A stretch of DNA of 64,000 bases from Prorocentrum cordatum (GCA_963575745.1 CAUYUJ010000003.1:1116001-1180000); one strand, 5' to 3'. Positions 23,271 to 38,120 are shown, counted from the stretch's first letter. The notes: generated from the sequence alone by a model not told the origin. Numbers and translations: made by a program.

Positions 23271-26200
23271 ACCCCGAGCGGTTAGCGTGCTTGCATGCTC
23301 AGCATCCTCCGCTTTCGGAGCATATTTGGAGGATGTCTCGAGCGAGGCGCTCATGCTCGCTTCCCGTGGGGGCCAGATTGCGAGGATATCTCGAGCGGTT
23401 TGCTTGTTTTGGAGGCCAGACTCGTGTGCGCTCGGAGCAGATACCTAGTGGCCTCGCAATGACAAGCTCGAAAGACAAATGAGACCGGGACATCCACCCC
23501 ACCTGCACAGTCACCGTGATACCATACGGAACGCCAAACGAGGAACGAGGGCGCCCTTCCGGTCACGGCGAGCCTCGGCCACGAGAGAGCTCCGCCACCC
23601 AGATCCAGGGAACTGGGAACGGCCCGAAAACCGGATCACTCAGCGGCCAGTATTTCTGCAGATCGGCTGTGTGCTCACAGGGCAGGCCGACAGCCGCTCG
23701 GCCTCGAGCCCATCTGCGGGGACCCTTCGAGGCCACCCAGGGACGAAGGAGAGGCACACGGAGAGCAGGAAGCCAACTCCACCTGTGCTCTCACGGGGCA
23801 GGCCGATACGGCAGGTTCGTGTCGAGACGACCCCCGCGTTGGTTTCTGACACGACGTGGATCGTGCAACCTTGAGCGCTTCGCAGCCTTCCGAATCGCCA
23901 GATCGTTCCATATTGGCGGATTCTAGGCCGCTGGCGGCGTTCAACCTTGAACGCCCGCGGCGGGATCGCCGCCGCGTCGACACGACACGAATCTGCCCTT
24001 AGAGGCCTCCTGGACGGGGTCCGCGACGTCGGCGTGGAGAGCCCGGGCTCCGCATCGAGCCGCATCGCAGATGCCTCGGCGATGCGGCGCGATCCCACAG
24101 CACAAAAATCAATCATACCCGTGACCGTGTTTTTTCTTCCCGCGGTAACGGTCGTTACCCAGGGGGAGGGGGGGCGGGCCGGGCGGGAGGATAACTACCG
24201 GTGACGGGGGCCACGGCGTGCACCCGCCAGGGTGCGTCTGCGCTACTGGCGAATCAATCGCCTGCGTGCACCACAACATGTAGGAGGGGGGTCCAGGCCC
24301 CCCCTCCCGCAGTACGATCGTTAGCGTTGCCCGGGGGGGGGGCTTGGCCCGGGTAGCGAGCGCGATCCTGGGGAGGAGAAAAACGCTCACTGGGCGCAGA
24401 CGATACAGTGTTTTGCGTCGCTCACCTGAGAGGCCCAGTGCTGGAGCCGCTCGGAGTCTCGGAGCCCCCCGGCGGGGACTCCTCGGGGACGATCCTTGAC
24501 GTCTGCGGGGACGCGGGCCGGGGCCCTGCGCAGGTTGCACGAGCTCGCGGAGCTGGGGGGCTCTCCGAGCACGCAAGCGTTTGAGCCCTCGGGGGCCCCT
24601 GGGGGGCACGTTGGAGAAGCACGGACCGGGTGTTGCTAGTATCGGCAAACGCGTTCCACCACTCGCAAAGTAACTTCTCGCAGATGGCCTGGAATCCGCC
24701 GAGGGGAGTTTACGACAAATCACACGGAGGCAAACATGTGTGTGTGTTAGGACGTTTGCGAATAGGCACTTTGCGAGTAGTGGAACACGCTCGGTGATAG
24801 AAGTGACCCTGTCCCAAGATGCCCCCAGGATTCCCAGGGAGGCCCCCACGGCCTCCAGAGCACCCTTCACGAGGCCCAGAGGGCACCATGGACCCCAAGA
24901 TTGAGCGAAAAGCTGGGGGCACCTTGGGCCAGGGGCACCTGTAGCAACCCCCAGACGGAGAGCGGGACGGCTGGTCAGTAAAATCCTGCACCGCCCGCAC
25001 GACCAGCATGCCGGCGCGAACTTCAACGCGCCACCCATGCCCCTGATTCAACGTTGATTGGCATCGCCAGTCGACAGATCGACACATCGCGTCGCAGACC
25101 GCCAATAGTAAATAGGGGGCGCGGGGGGGGGGGTCGTAGAAGTCAGCCTAACAGGTGAAGAATGTTGTAGGTCCTCTTCACCAGTGCATATCCAGGGTAG
25201 GCCGAAGGCCGCTCGGACTCGAACTCTTCGGCGGGAGTCCGTCGGGGGGGTGGGCACGTCACCTCTGTGCTGCGTGGTCTGCCCGTGGGCGAGAGCGAAG
25301 ACGATGCAGAGTGAAGATGGCGAGTGCAGGTGAGGATGGGAATTGAAGGAGTGATGGTGCAAGTGCCGCTGAAGATAAGAGCGAATGTGAGAATTCAGTG
25401 GATACGACGGTGGGAGTAACAACTGTTGGCGATTAATGATTGAAGATGAGAGCTGAAGATCAGGCAAGCAAGAATGTAGACTGGAACGAACGGAGCGATA
25501 ATGACGAGGAGGGTGGTTACATGGTGGCAACGGTATTACTCCACATTCGATATGAGGATCCTTTGTCCTGGGATCAAGGAGGTAGCGAGAAATAAACGGC
25601 GTGCATTCAGCTCCACGCGAGGTGCAGCTGCCTGAGCCGATCACCTTCGAAACATCCAGGAGCTCTTCAGAGGTTTACGCTTTCAGTTTCTCGCCCCATC
25701 CACCTGGGAGAAACAAGCGAAGGAGGGAGCAACGCGACGCATGAGGGGGCCCAACTATTATGGAGAGCCCTAGCGAGCCGCCGCGGTACTCAGACCTCCC
25801 CCGCAGCCTTTGCCGCCACCAGCTTGGCGCTGGCCTGGAACTGTTCGCCCAATCCTTCGATGAAGCCCTCCAATGTATCACCTGGGAAGCCCAAACACAC
25901 GCAAATCCCGTGACGCGCTTTCATCATATTCTACGCGCGTGGTCATCCTTGTATCCGTGCATCCACCTCCCTCACTCCGTACCACATCCTTCACTCACAT
26001 CCACTCATACGCTAACCCGACATTACTCAGACCACTCCCTGCTGAGAGTCACTCACACGCGCCCTCACTCGTATTCAAATTCGCTTACAAGCCAGACCCA
26101 CATATGTCCAGATTCACTCACATGCAGACTCGCCCATCCACCCATACGCCGTCCACCGCACTCAGGCCCAGACACGCGCACACGAACACACACACACACA

Positions 26201-27628
26201 CACACACGAACACACACACACACACACACACACGTTTCGGTCGTAACGGCGCGGCGACTCGCCAACAAGTCGGGCAGTGCCGTCGGGAAGAAAAGAACAG
26301 GGGAGACGGCCGCTTGACGCTGAACCCCCGCCCTGGCGCGCGGATGGCCCCAGGGGCGGCACCAGAGGCGCCGCCAGGGGGGGCCCAGCGCCGGTCCGAG
26401 AAATCCGCGCGGAGCTCCGAAAAGTTCTGTCTATGGCAATCTCCCTTCTTCGGTGACTTTCGGCCTGCCCGTGGCCCATGGCTGCGTCGTGTGACCCCCT
26501 TTTCGAATCGGGGATCCACTACAGAATTGATTTGCTCCCAAATTCATTATCCCGCCGTATGTGCAAGAAACGCGCAAAAGGTCAGTGGATCTACGGGACA
26601 TTGTACGTATTTGTTTCGTAGATTCGGTTGGATGAGGTCAATCAATTCTGTCGTCGATCCCCCTTTCGACCTTGTCTGCCTGGTGGTGTCTCGGCCTTCG
26701 ATCCAGCTGCCCATGGCCGATGGCCGGCCCCTCGGGGCCCTCGCGTTGGCGCCCCGTGGCTCCGCGGCCCGTGGCTACCGCATGTTTTGCGCCCTGTGGC
26801 TCCGCGGCCCATGGCTACCGCGTGTGGGGTGGCGACTGGGCGCTGTGCCGGACTTTTCCCGGACATGCTCGCGTCGAGAAAAAAACACCCCGGACGGGGT
26901 TTGGCAATTCTTGGCTCCCAGAGGCCCTCGCCGGGCCTCAGGACCGACAAAAACCAACTCGGGATGAAAAACTGGCTTTCAAAGAAGGGTCGGGACTTCC
27001 GGGGACCGTGCGAAAAAACACGAGGACCCCAGACCTCTTAAGGTTGCAATTTAATTGTGACGGTGCTTTTGACTTGATTTCTGGGAATGATGTTGATTTT
27101 CGATTCCGATTCTGCGGTGTCCTAATTTTGTTTTTCATGTACCAATTTTTGCTTTACTTCCTGATCTTGACGTCGTGTATTCTACGTTCCCCAATGAATT
27201 AATGAGCTTCAGACTTGCCGATCGCGAGCCAACGCGATATCGATCGACAGACACCCCCCCTCCCCCTCAAAAAAAACCGCCTCCCTCCTCCCCCTCGCTC
27301 CCTCCTCCTCCTCCTCCTCCTCCTCCTCCTCCTCCTTCTCCTCCTCCTCCTCCCCCCCCTCCCCCCCCCCCTCGCGCGGAGCTCGCGCGTGCCCCGCGCG
27401 CCGCCAGCTGCGCGACACCAGCTCGGCTCGAGCTGGCGGCGCGGCAGAGGGCCACAGCTGGCCCCGCGGCCGAGGGCCGCCCGCTGCAGGCGACGTGGGG
27501 AGGGGATTATACATGTCCGCCGATCCGCTAGATCTAGATCTGGCGGCGTGTCCATGGGCTTGGCGTGGGATTGTAGATGCAACATAACATTGTTGTGTGC
27601 ACATGCATACACATACTCTATGTAATAT

Positions 27629-30600
27629 ATGGCGGACATATACAATCCCATATGCCAGGCGCCCATGGAGCCGCCGCCAGGCGAGATCAACGATGAGGCG
27701 GACATGTGGGATAGGGCCTTCGACCGCGCGGGGGTCCCCGCGTGGTCGGCCGAGGACGTCGGCCCTCCTCGGCCCCTCCTACCCCCCTCCTCCTCCTCCT
27801 CCTCCTCCTCCTCCTCCTCCTCCTCCTCCTCCTCCTCCTCCTCCTCCCCCCTCCTCCTCCTCCTCCTCCTCCTCCTCGCCCTCGAGGCCTCGATCCTCCT
27901 CTGTTTAATGTTTCCCCCTCCTCTTCCCCATCGGCTCTCCTCGGCCCCCTCCCCCCCAGCCTCTTATAATTTCATCCTTCCCCCTCCTCCTTCCCGCCCC
28001 CACCCCTTCGGTCGTCGGTCCCCTCGTCCTCGTCGTCCTCGTCCTCCTCCTCCTCCTCCTCGAGCCTCCTCCTGGTATTTGAGGAGGTCCCCAAACCGAT
28101 CGTGATGTCGAACCACCCGCGGGCGCAGGTTGGCGACATGGCCCCAAGGTGTTTGTGCAGGCGTTGGCGTCGGGAGTTCGTTGCTCGATACCGCCAACAC
28201 GTGGAGTTTGTGAAGGCCACATACATAGAGAGAGAGGGAGAGAGAGAGTTCAGGAAAAAACACACGAAACAATCACAAAATGGATCTCCAACATCAACCT
28301 CTCTTGTGCCTTTTGTTCTGTTTGTTTTGGGGGAGGGGTCTCTTCCACACACCCTCCCCACGCCAGGCGATTGAGAAGGAGAGGAAGATCTGGACGTCCA
28401 TGGCGCACGCGAAGCTGCGCCACTGCAAGACCGCCGACATAGATGTCGATGCGATGGCCGAGGCGTGGCGCCGCCGCATGTGTTTGGAGGGAGAGGATGG
28501 GGGAGGAGGAGGAGGAGGAGGAGGAGGAGGAGGAGGAGGAGGAGGATCGAGGAGGAGGAGGAGGAGGAGGAGGATCAAGGAGGAGGAGGAGGAGGTGGAG
28601 GATCGGGGAGGATTTATATATGAAAGTCGGACACATGTTTGGGGGCTGCTGAGAGGGAGGAGGATCAGGAAGAACAATGTGAGCTTGGAGTGGGAAGGGG
28701 AGGATTCGAGGAGGTAACCTCGTCACCAGCATCGTTGTGTCCTCTCTCCCTCCCTTCCTCCGTGCATCATCGTTGTGTCATCCCTCCCTCGTCAGGCCAT
28801 CCGCAACACCATCAGCGATGGCCAGGAGAAGGTGCCAGGACACGGCGCCGCGCGGCTGGGATGAGGAGGGAAGGTAGGGAGAGGAGGAGTGGAGCGAGGA
28901 TGAGGACAAGGATGAGGATCAATGAGGATGCGAGGACGAGGAGGACGAGGACGAGGACAAGGACTTGCCTCTTGATACTCACTCGCCTCACGAGCTCGCC
29001 TCTTGATCCCCACTCGCCTCACTCGCCTCTTGATCCTCACTCGCCTCACTCGCCTCTTGATTCCTCCCCCTCCCTCGCCTCTTGGTCCTCATTCGCCTCA
29101 CTCCTACGTTCCCGCACTCCCGATCCCCATCTCTAGCTCCTCGCGCAAACCCCGATCCCGATCTTGCGGGGGGCCGCTCCGGCAGGATATGACATGATCC
29201 CCCACTGGGGGAAGTACCCGTGCAAGGACAGCGGCGCTCGGCCGCAACTTGGAGAATTGGAGGAGGGGCTGCGGGGGGAGCGAAGGGAGGGGGGAGGGAG
29301 AACCGAGGCGGAGAGAGCGAGGGAGACGGATTAGGGAGGATGGGGGGGATCGGCGGTGGTAACGATGAGGATGACGATGGAGGGATGGAGGGAGCTAGGG
29401 ATGAAGGGATGAACGGAGGGATGGATGGGTAGACGGAGTCATGGTAGCGATGGAGGGATGGATGGATAGGCGGAGGGATGATCGATGGAGGGATGGATAG
29501 ACGGAGGGATGGTAACGCTAGACGATGGGGGGAGGGATGGATAGATCGACGGAGGGATGATCGATGGGAAACCGTGCAGGTTGAAGATAGAAGGAGGATG
29601 GATGGCAACGGGGATGAGGACATGGGTGGGGGATGCATGTGATTTCGGTGAGTTCCAGGAGCTAGGATGAGTATGAAGGGTGAGGGGTGAAGAGATCAGG
29701 GGAGGTGTTCATCCCCACCTTGACGGCCATGGCAGAGCAGATGAACTACAAGCGCATCAGCCAGAAGAACATGGAGGCGGCATCGGGAGGGAGTCGTCGT
29801 TCGTCGTCGTCGCCGTCGTCGTCTTCGTCGTCCTCGTCGCCGTCGTCGTCCTCGTCGTCCTCCTCGTCGCCGCTGTCGCCGCCGCCGCCGCCGCTGCCGC
29901 CGTCGCCGTCGCCGTCACCGTCGCCGTCGCCGTCGTCGCCGTCGCCGTTGCCGTCGCCGTCGCCGTCGTCGTCGTCGTCGTCTGCTTGATCCAGAGATCT
30001 CGAGAGCAAGGGACAGCTAGGATGAGGACCAGGATGAGGATGCGGATGAGCCTCATGATGAGGATGAGGATGAGGACTCGGGTGAGTACCAGGATGTGAT
30101 CAGGATGAGGGCCAGGATGATGAAGATGGTGAGCCTCATGAGGATGAGGATGAGGATTCGGGGGAGGACCAGGATGAGGATGATGATCAGGTTGAGGACC
30201 AGGATGATGATATTGATGATGATGAGGATTCGGGTGAGGACCAATCTGAGGATGACGATGAGGATGAGGACCAATATATACAGATAAGGATGAGCCTCGT
30301 GAGGATGAGGATGCGGATCATGCGTGATGATGACCAGCATAGTGATAATGATGAGGTTGCCGATCATCATCCGACCTCGCCCTTATCTCCTCCATTCACC
30401 CCCAGGCAGTGTGGGACAAAATATTCAGCCAGATCTTCTCAGAGACATACAAGGCGAACAAAGGCAGGTACCCGACGGTGACCGTGCGGCAAGCCATGAG
30501 GCCAGCTGCAGGAGGAGTCATGATGGGCAGTCGGACGTTCAGAGTCAGGATGAAAGGGGAGGAGGAGGAGGACGAGGAGGAGAAGGAGGAAGAGGAGGAG

Positions 30601-33184
30601 GAGAGGGGAGAGAGGGAGGAGGAGGAGGAGGAGGAGGAGGAGGACGAGGAGAAGGAGGAGGAGGGGGAGGAGGCGGAGGATCCAGGAGGAGGAGGAGGGA
30701 TGGAGGATGAGGGATGGAGGAGGTTGACGAGGATGAGTAGGAACACGGCGACGAAGACGACCTCGACGACGACGACAACGACAGCCTCGACGACGTCGAC
30801 GGCGACGACCTCGACGAGGATGAAGAGGAGCACGACGAGCACGACGACGACGACGTCGACGAGGATGAGGAGGAACACGACGACGACGACGTCGACGACG
30901 ATCGTATGGGGGGCCGCGCCAGCAAGGTTCCTGCAGTCGCGAGCGGTGAGGATCATGTACGTGCACTGGCAGCGCAACGTTATCCAGGACAAGGAGGATA
31001 GCCAGATCGAGGAGGGGCTTCGGGTGGGCGCAGTGTTAGTGCATTGTTCGTCGGGCACGTCGTGGCTCTAGTGATCTGCTATACGCTCTGCTCTGCTCTG
31101 CTCTACCCTACTCTACTCCAGTCCAGTCTGCTAGACTCAACTCCATTATCGTCTACTCCACTCCGCTGTTCTACTCTACTCTAGCCTCTAGTCTTGGCCA
31201 AGTCGAGAGCCACGACGTGGTCTGCTACACCTATACCCTATACTCTACTCTAGTATGCTCTACTCTAGTCTACTCACGTGTACTCTAGTCTACTCTACTC
31301 TACTCTACTCCAGTGTACTCTGCTCTACCCTAGTGTATTATACTCTACGTCACTCTAGTGTATTTCTATTGTGCTGCTCATCGGAGAAGAGCGGACCTGA
31401 GGTCACGGTGGAGCAGATGCTAAACCTTCACAGTAGCGTGGAGCAGAGACGGCGATACAGAGAGAGAAGGATAGGGGGAGAGAGATCTCGAGAGAGCGAT
31501 CTACCCTTTGTATGCCTTAGGGGAGAGAGGGGAGGGGATCGAGTTCGGCGACGAGGTCGAGAACATCGATGACGAGCAGCTGATGAAATACCTCGAGGAA
31601 GTACTCGAGCGCGCTGAACACCAGACGGCACTGGGGTGGGGCTGAGCACGGGATCGGGCTTGCCCTGCTCCTCCTCCTCCACGCTCCTCCACGCTCCTCC
31701 ACGCTCCTCCTCCTCCGATCCTCCTCCTGGTTCTCCTCCCTGCTCCTCCTCCTCCTCCTCCTCCGCCTCCTCCTCTTCCTCTCTGCCCCCATCGCTCTCT
31801 AGGAACCGTCCCTTAAGAATTTCGGTGTGCGAGCTCGATAGGAGCTGGCTTCTCTTGTCAGCGAGAAGCGTCTCGATACGAACTGCTGCTATCCTGGTAT
31901 ACTCCCTGCTCCCTGTTGCTCCTCCTCCTCCACCTCCTCCTCCTCCTCCATCCTCCTCCTCCTCCTGATCCTCCTCCTCATCCCTGCTCTCCCTGCTCGC
32001 CTAGGGGAGCAGGCCTGCTCATCATCCTCCTCCGAGCTCGTCCTCCCTTGCCCTCAGGCCTGTTTCAATGCTTTGAATTCCAGCCCCGTGCATTTCACTG
32101 CTGCGGTTCACTACCTCCTGCCTCCTCATGTTGAGCTTATGTCTGCTATTCCTGCCTGACATTTCCAATGGTATGGAGGGGAGGCCGTGCCGAACATGGA
32201 CACAACTACATTCTTTGGTATGCCTTGGACTAAGACGTCTGACGTGGTCTCGACCGCCCCCGCGTCCGAGCTCCCCTTCTACGGCAGCATGACGGGCACT
32301 GCGGGCGCCAAGCAGAAGAGTAAAAAAAAAGCCGCGGGAAGAAGCACAAAAAGGACAAACGAAAGAAAAAACACAGACATGACAGCAGCAGTGACACCGT
32401 CGAGTTGATGGCGAGCCCAGTGCCGCACGCGCCCAAGAAGCATGACAAGCGCACGCCCAAGAAGTCCAAGGCCATGACTGATGAGGTCATCCCGCTCGAG
32501 GTCGCCATGAAGAAGCCAGCTGCAGCTCCGACTGTGGAGAAGAAAAAAGGTGGAGCGACGATGAAGCGGCCTGCTGCAGCGTCGAAGGACGAACCGATCA
32601 TGAAGAGGCCAGCTGCAGCACCGCCGCCGCCGCCCAAGAAGGAGCCCAAGAAGAAGGATGACGACCCCATCGATGACGGGGAGGGCGACCTCGAGGAGGC
32701 AGAGGAAGAGAAACCAAAAGTGGTCGACGAGGAGGTGGACGTCGACGACGCCGAGGCACGCGAGGATGACTACCAGCCAGCTGAGGGAGAGCTCGACGTC
32801 AACAACGAGCCCACCACCATGTACGAGCTCGGCGCCCGCAGCAACGTGTACACGTTCAAGTCGGCGACCGAGGACAAGACCTACCAGGTCAAGAAGCTCA
32901 GGCGCAGGACGGAGCACATCAGCACCATCGCGCACCGCGTGGTGGAGCCAGATCCGACAGGGTGGTCGCAGCTCGTCCAGCAGATGGACCATCCTCTCTC
33001 GGATAACGTCTTGTACCACCTCGGGGTGCACCCAGACAAAGCAGCCGCGTCTGAGCTGATCATCACGGAGACGCTCAAGACCATCGTCAAGCGGCGCGTC
33101 GGCAAGAAGGCTGAGGCGCAGGCGGTCCTCTCGCACGTGTGGGCCAAGTTGGGCCTCGACGCGACGGCCATCTCAATCGACTGA
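27629..33184 (+). CDS. Multi-exon gene of unknown function; C-terminal K/P/A-rich MKRPAA repeats and an acidic tract
   Basis: GC3-rich exons join in frame: 27629-27754, 28367-28462, 29137-29226, 29705-29776, 30406-30500, 30927-~31014, ~31535-31624, ~32234-32293, ~32410-33184. Donors are GC/GA and acceptors AG. Later boundaries are approximate. Confidence 0.65.
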
Positions 33185-33719
33185 GGTGGGAATGGGAGTG
33201 GGTGCAGCATATATACGTGCACACATACATATGTGTATACTTATACATACACACATGCATGCATGCATGCATCCATGATTACATGCATACAGTCATACAT
33301 GCATTAAGACATACATACAGACATACAAACATGTTTGCATGTGTACATACATGCATACACACATACATACATACATACAGACAGACAGACAGACAGACAT
33401 ACAGACAGACAGACATACATACATATATGCACTCATACATGCATACCTACATGCCTACATACATACATACATGCATGTATACATGCATGCATACATGTAT
33501 GCATGCATGTATACGTACATGTTTATATACACACGAACCTACATATCTACATATATAGATATATGTCAACACACAACTACACTCATGATAGTAGCGCAGC
33601 ATCCGTGCAACGTTGCATACATTTATACATACCTTTACGTATACGCGAACACACACGCACGCATGCGTACACATACTTACGTGCACATACACACCTAGCG
33701 TGGAAGTTAGAGCTTCGAC

Positions 33720-34886
33720 TCGATGCTCGAACCTGATCTTGCCAAATCGGGGTCCCATCTTCCTTCGCCCAGCCCGTAGCCCGTGGGAGGTGCGGACCTA
33801 TGAGACGATCTTCGACCACAGAGTCGCGAAGCACACGGCTTGGAGGCGCGGAGGGGTGGTTGAGCTTTTTATTTTTTTCGTGTACACAGATATACACAGG
33901 CATACACCCACTATATATAGGGTGTCATGCACACTGTGGCTCGTGTAGGCATGTATTACATGTATATGCACTATGTATGTGGGCTGCACAATCTAGACGC
34001 ACGCGTGTACACACATATATGCACTATTGGGTACACACAGTATGTTTACACACAGCATGCATGCACACATTACATGCGTACACGCACGCACACACACACA
34101 CACCATATACACAGTCATGTGGTAGGTGCGTCTTCGAGGGGCCCAGCAGGGGGCCACCAGCCTGAACCCATGAATACACCCGACACGCGGGCCGACTTAA
34201 GTTCAGCGTTTCGGGGTTGCTCCTCCATCGTCATTCCTCCCTTGAGCGATGTGCGCAATGATCGCGGGTGGGGAGGGCAAGCTGTATTTCGACATCACCT
34301 ACACCCGCGCGAACTTCTGTACAGTGACTGGAGGAGGCGCGGGGCCGTGATTTGGAGCCCCGTCGTCGACAAGACGAGGAGGAGGATGAGCAACAGCAAC
34401 AGGAGGGGGGAGGAGGATGAGGAGGAGCAGGATGAGGAGGGTGAGGATGAGGAGGAGGAGGAGGAGGATCGAGGACCCAGGAGGAGGGGGAGGAGGAGCT
34501 AGGAGGAGGATCGAGGAGGATCGGGATGAGGACGATAGGGCGGAGGATGAGGAGGGCGAGGAGGAGGACGAGGATGGCAGGATTCTCGAGATGTCGACGG
34601 GCCCACGCGTTCCATGTCTAGTCGCAAGCATGTGCACTATCTGATTTGCTCGTGTAGTTTCTTGGGCGCTGGCGACCCCGACTCCGACCGCCAGTTCGAG
34701 CTCCAGCGGACGAAAGGCTTGGTGCCACGGGATCGGGGCATGAGCTCTTGTACGTGCGTCCATATGATTATATATACACATATATATATACATACATACA
34801 TACGTACATACGTGTGTACGTACGTACGTACGTACCATATGTACGTACATACATACATATACATACCCACATGCATGCACATACGC

Positions 34887-34919
<33 letters not shown>

Positions 34920-35302
34920 CCTGCAGGTATACACATACATGTCTACATACCTACCTGTATACATACACCCATACATACACACACACACACCTACATACAA
35001 ACATACATGCACATACATACATACACATACATACATACATGCATGCATACACACACATATATACATATATATATATATACGCGCGTACATGCACACATAC
35101 ATACATGCATGCATGCATGCATGCATGCACATACATACATTCACACATACATATATAAGCATGATTCCATATACATATATATATATATACATATGTATTT
35201 ATATGTATACACGCTGGAAGAATTGTGACTGGCTGTGCCGATCGGGCATTCCCTCCAGATGTGGTCGGCGTGACTCAATCTATGTTGCTTCAGGCTCCGT
35301 GA
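33720..35302 (+). CDS. Possible small multi-exon gene, unknown product
   Basis: Coding-like islands between microsatellites: NLILPNRGPIFLRPARSPWEVRTYETIFDHRVAKHT (~33730-33836), EGKLYFDITYTRANFCTVTG (~34273-34333), FLGAGDPDSDRQFELQRTKG (~34659-34718), RIVTGCADRAFPPDVVGVTQSMLLQAP* (~35218-35302). Splice joins not verified. Confidence 0.35.
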
Positions 35303-36414
35303 AGTGAAAGTGCATTTGCATTCGTGAACGTGCCGTGCATTGATTGCTCCCCTCTTGAAGTGAACGTTCCCGTGCAGGCTCGAGGATACATGAAGTGACC
35401 GTGCCCGTGCATTGATTGCCCCCCCTCTTGAACTGAGCGTGCCCGTGCATTCACATGTGCTGATTGCCCCCCCTCTTGAAGTGAGCGTGCCCTCATGTGT
35501 TGATTGCCCCCGTCAATTTCTTGATGCCCGTGCATATTGATGGATCCCCCATCTTGAAGTGAGCGTGCCCTCGAATGTGGTTGTTCAGTGCGCCACCGCA
35601 CGCTCGAGCCAAGACCACCCGTCGCCCGAGCCCCGCGGCGCCCCCCCGCGAGCCCGAGGGCTGCAGCAGGCGAATGGGGAGATCGGGCCACGAGCAAGGG
35701 AAGGAGAGAAGCATCAGTTCGGAAGCGATCGATTGTCGAGGCAGGATCCCACAACACAGCATCACGGCAACACACGACACGCCACACATACAAATTAGTG
35801 CGACACAAGACACACACGACAAGACATGCACGACAATAAATGCAACACAATATGATCACGAGGCATGCAAATAAAGTGCAGCACTACGTATATACAACAA
35901 AGTTATAAACTACAAGGTACCTGAACACAGTAAACCAGGAAACCCCACACCAGATTAATCGAGAAGCACCCACCATCCACAGACCGAGCTGGCCACCACC
36001 CACCACCCACCTGGGCCCACAACCCACCACCCCACCTACGTGGACCCAGCCACCCACCCGACCAACCGATCCGAACCGACGAGATCGACCGAACGAGCCG
36101 CGCTCACCCCCGACCGACCGACGACCGAACGGACCCGAGCGATTCGACGATCACCCGATCGGTCGATCGAGAGAGGGGCATGCCTGTGCCGCCCAGGTGA
36201 TCCTGGGCTTCCCCGAGGATATCGGGACACGGCGCCGCCGACCAGATGGTTCACTAACTACACGCTTTTTTTTTTACTACACGGCCCTCGGGGCGCCTAG
36301 GGGGTGGGCGATCGATCGTCTGAGGGCCAGGGGATGTCGTGGGGCCCGTGAGCGTTTCTGTTGTGGGGCCCCGTCTTGGTTAACCCTTCGGTCTTAAGTT
36401 ATGTTTAAATTCGT

Positions 36415-37099
36415 ATGTTTTTAATGTTTTTTAATGTTTTTTAATGTTTTTCTAATGTTTTTCATGTTTTTCATGTTTTTAATGTTTTCGATGTTTTCAA
36501 TGGTTTTTAATGTTTTTTAAATGTTTTTTGATGTTGTTCATGTGTTTCATGTTGTTCATGTTTTTCATGTTTTTAATGTTTTGTAATGTTTTTTAATGTT
36601 TTTTATAATGTTTTTTATGTTTTTAATGTTTTTCATGTTTTTAATGTTTTTAAATGCTTTTTTTAATGTTTTTTTTTAATTTTTTTATGTTTTTAATGTT
36701 TTTCATGTTTTTCATGTTTTTAATGTTTTTAATGTTTCATATGTTTTTTAATGTTTTTAAAATGTTTTTCTATGTTTTTAATGTGTTTCATGTTTTTAAT
36801 GGTTTTTAATGTTTTTAATGTTTTTTAAATGTTTTTTTTTTTAAAAAAATGTTTTCTATGTTTTTAATGTTTTTCATGCTTTTAATGTTTTTCGATGTTT
36901 TTAATGTTTTTTGATGTTTTTTAATGTTTTTTAATGTTTTCTATGTTTTCCATGTTTTTCATGTTTTTAATGTTTTTCATGTTTTTATACTGTTTTTTAT
37001 GTTTTTAATGTTTTTTAATGTTTTTCATGTTTTTTATGTTTTTAATGTTTTTAATGTTTTTAATGTTTTTTAATGTTTTTAAATGTTTTTTGATGTTTT
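36415..37099. repeat. AT-rich satellite, ATGTTTTT(T)(A/C), 9-10-bp unit
   Basis: About 680 bp of phased T-tracts in a GC-rich context. Confidence 0.95.
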
Positions 37100-38120
37100 C
37101 CTTAGGCTTTAAAGGCCGCCAGAGCCCCCGCGGGCCCTTGCGGGGCCTTGAGATCGATCGCCCCCCCCCGCCCCCCCCGCCGAGGCCCCCGAGCGGGCGG
37201 GCGCGCCGTGCGCCGCGTCCCACCCCGCGGCATTTTGCAACGTCGATCGGGCGCGCGGTGGCCGAGGCGCCCCGCAGGGGGCGCGCGGGCGTGGCTCGTG
37301 GCGCGGGATCGATCGATCCCAGCTGCAGTGCGCCGCGAGCTGCCAGCAGGCGAATGGGAAGACGCGCGTGCCCGATGTGGATATTGCGAGCATTAAAAAA
37401 GGGGAGGCGGGGCTCATCGAGGAGGGACCGACGAGGGGGGATGAGGCCCGCGCAGGATCGATCGAGGAGCCTCGATCGGGGGATTCCTCGAGGAGGAGGA
37501 TGAGGGGGAGGCGGATGAGAGGAGGAGGGAGGCCCAGGGAGGAGGGGGGAACGAGGGCCCGAGGCTCGAGGAGAAGGAGGACGGACCCGACGAGGCGAAT
37601 GTGCAGGCGCACGCATGCACGCGACGAATGCACGTGCAACGTGTGTGTATATATATACACACACATGTTCACGTACACATATTTAAATACGGGTGCGCAC
37701 GTGTATATTTATATAGGTATATATATATGCATGTGTGTGACACGTTCACAAATGCGCACGTACGAATAACTCGTATACCCGAATATGTACGCTTGCATGT
37801 ATATGCATATGTGTATACGTGTACGTATGTGTGGAACTATGCGTATATATGTATATATATATATATATCAATGATAGCATACGCATATCCACGGTCATCT
37901 GTATATGTAGACACGCATCGACTTCGGATAGATGGAGGTAAACGTGGAGGGACACGGACGTGCAGACAGATAGGGATCGATGTGGATATTGCAAGCCCGT
38001 GCGGTTGTCGGCTCTTCAGAATACACGTGCCCCTCGTCCGGGCTGCCCACCATGTTCCTTGCCAGTATACGATGTACCCCCCCCCCCTTCCCCGTCACCG
38101 CCCTCGAGGGGAGGCGATCG

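Noticed and set aside
23470..25950. ORFs 24109..25038 and neighbours
   Set aside because: GC-rich open frames with no recognisable motifs or exon pattern.
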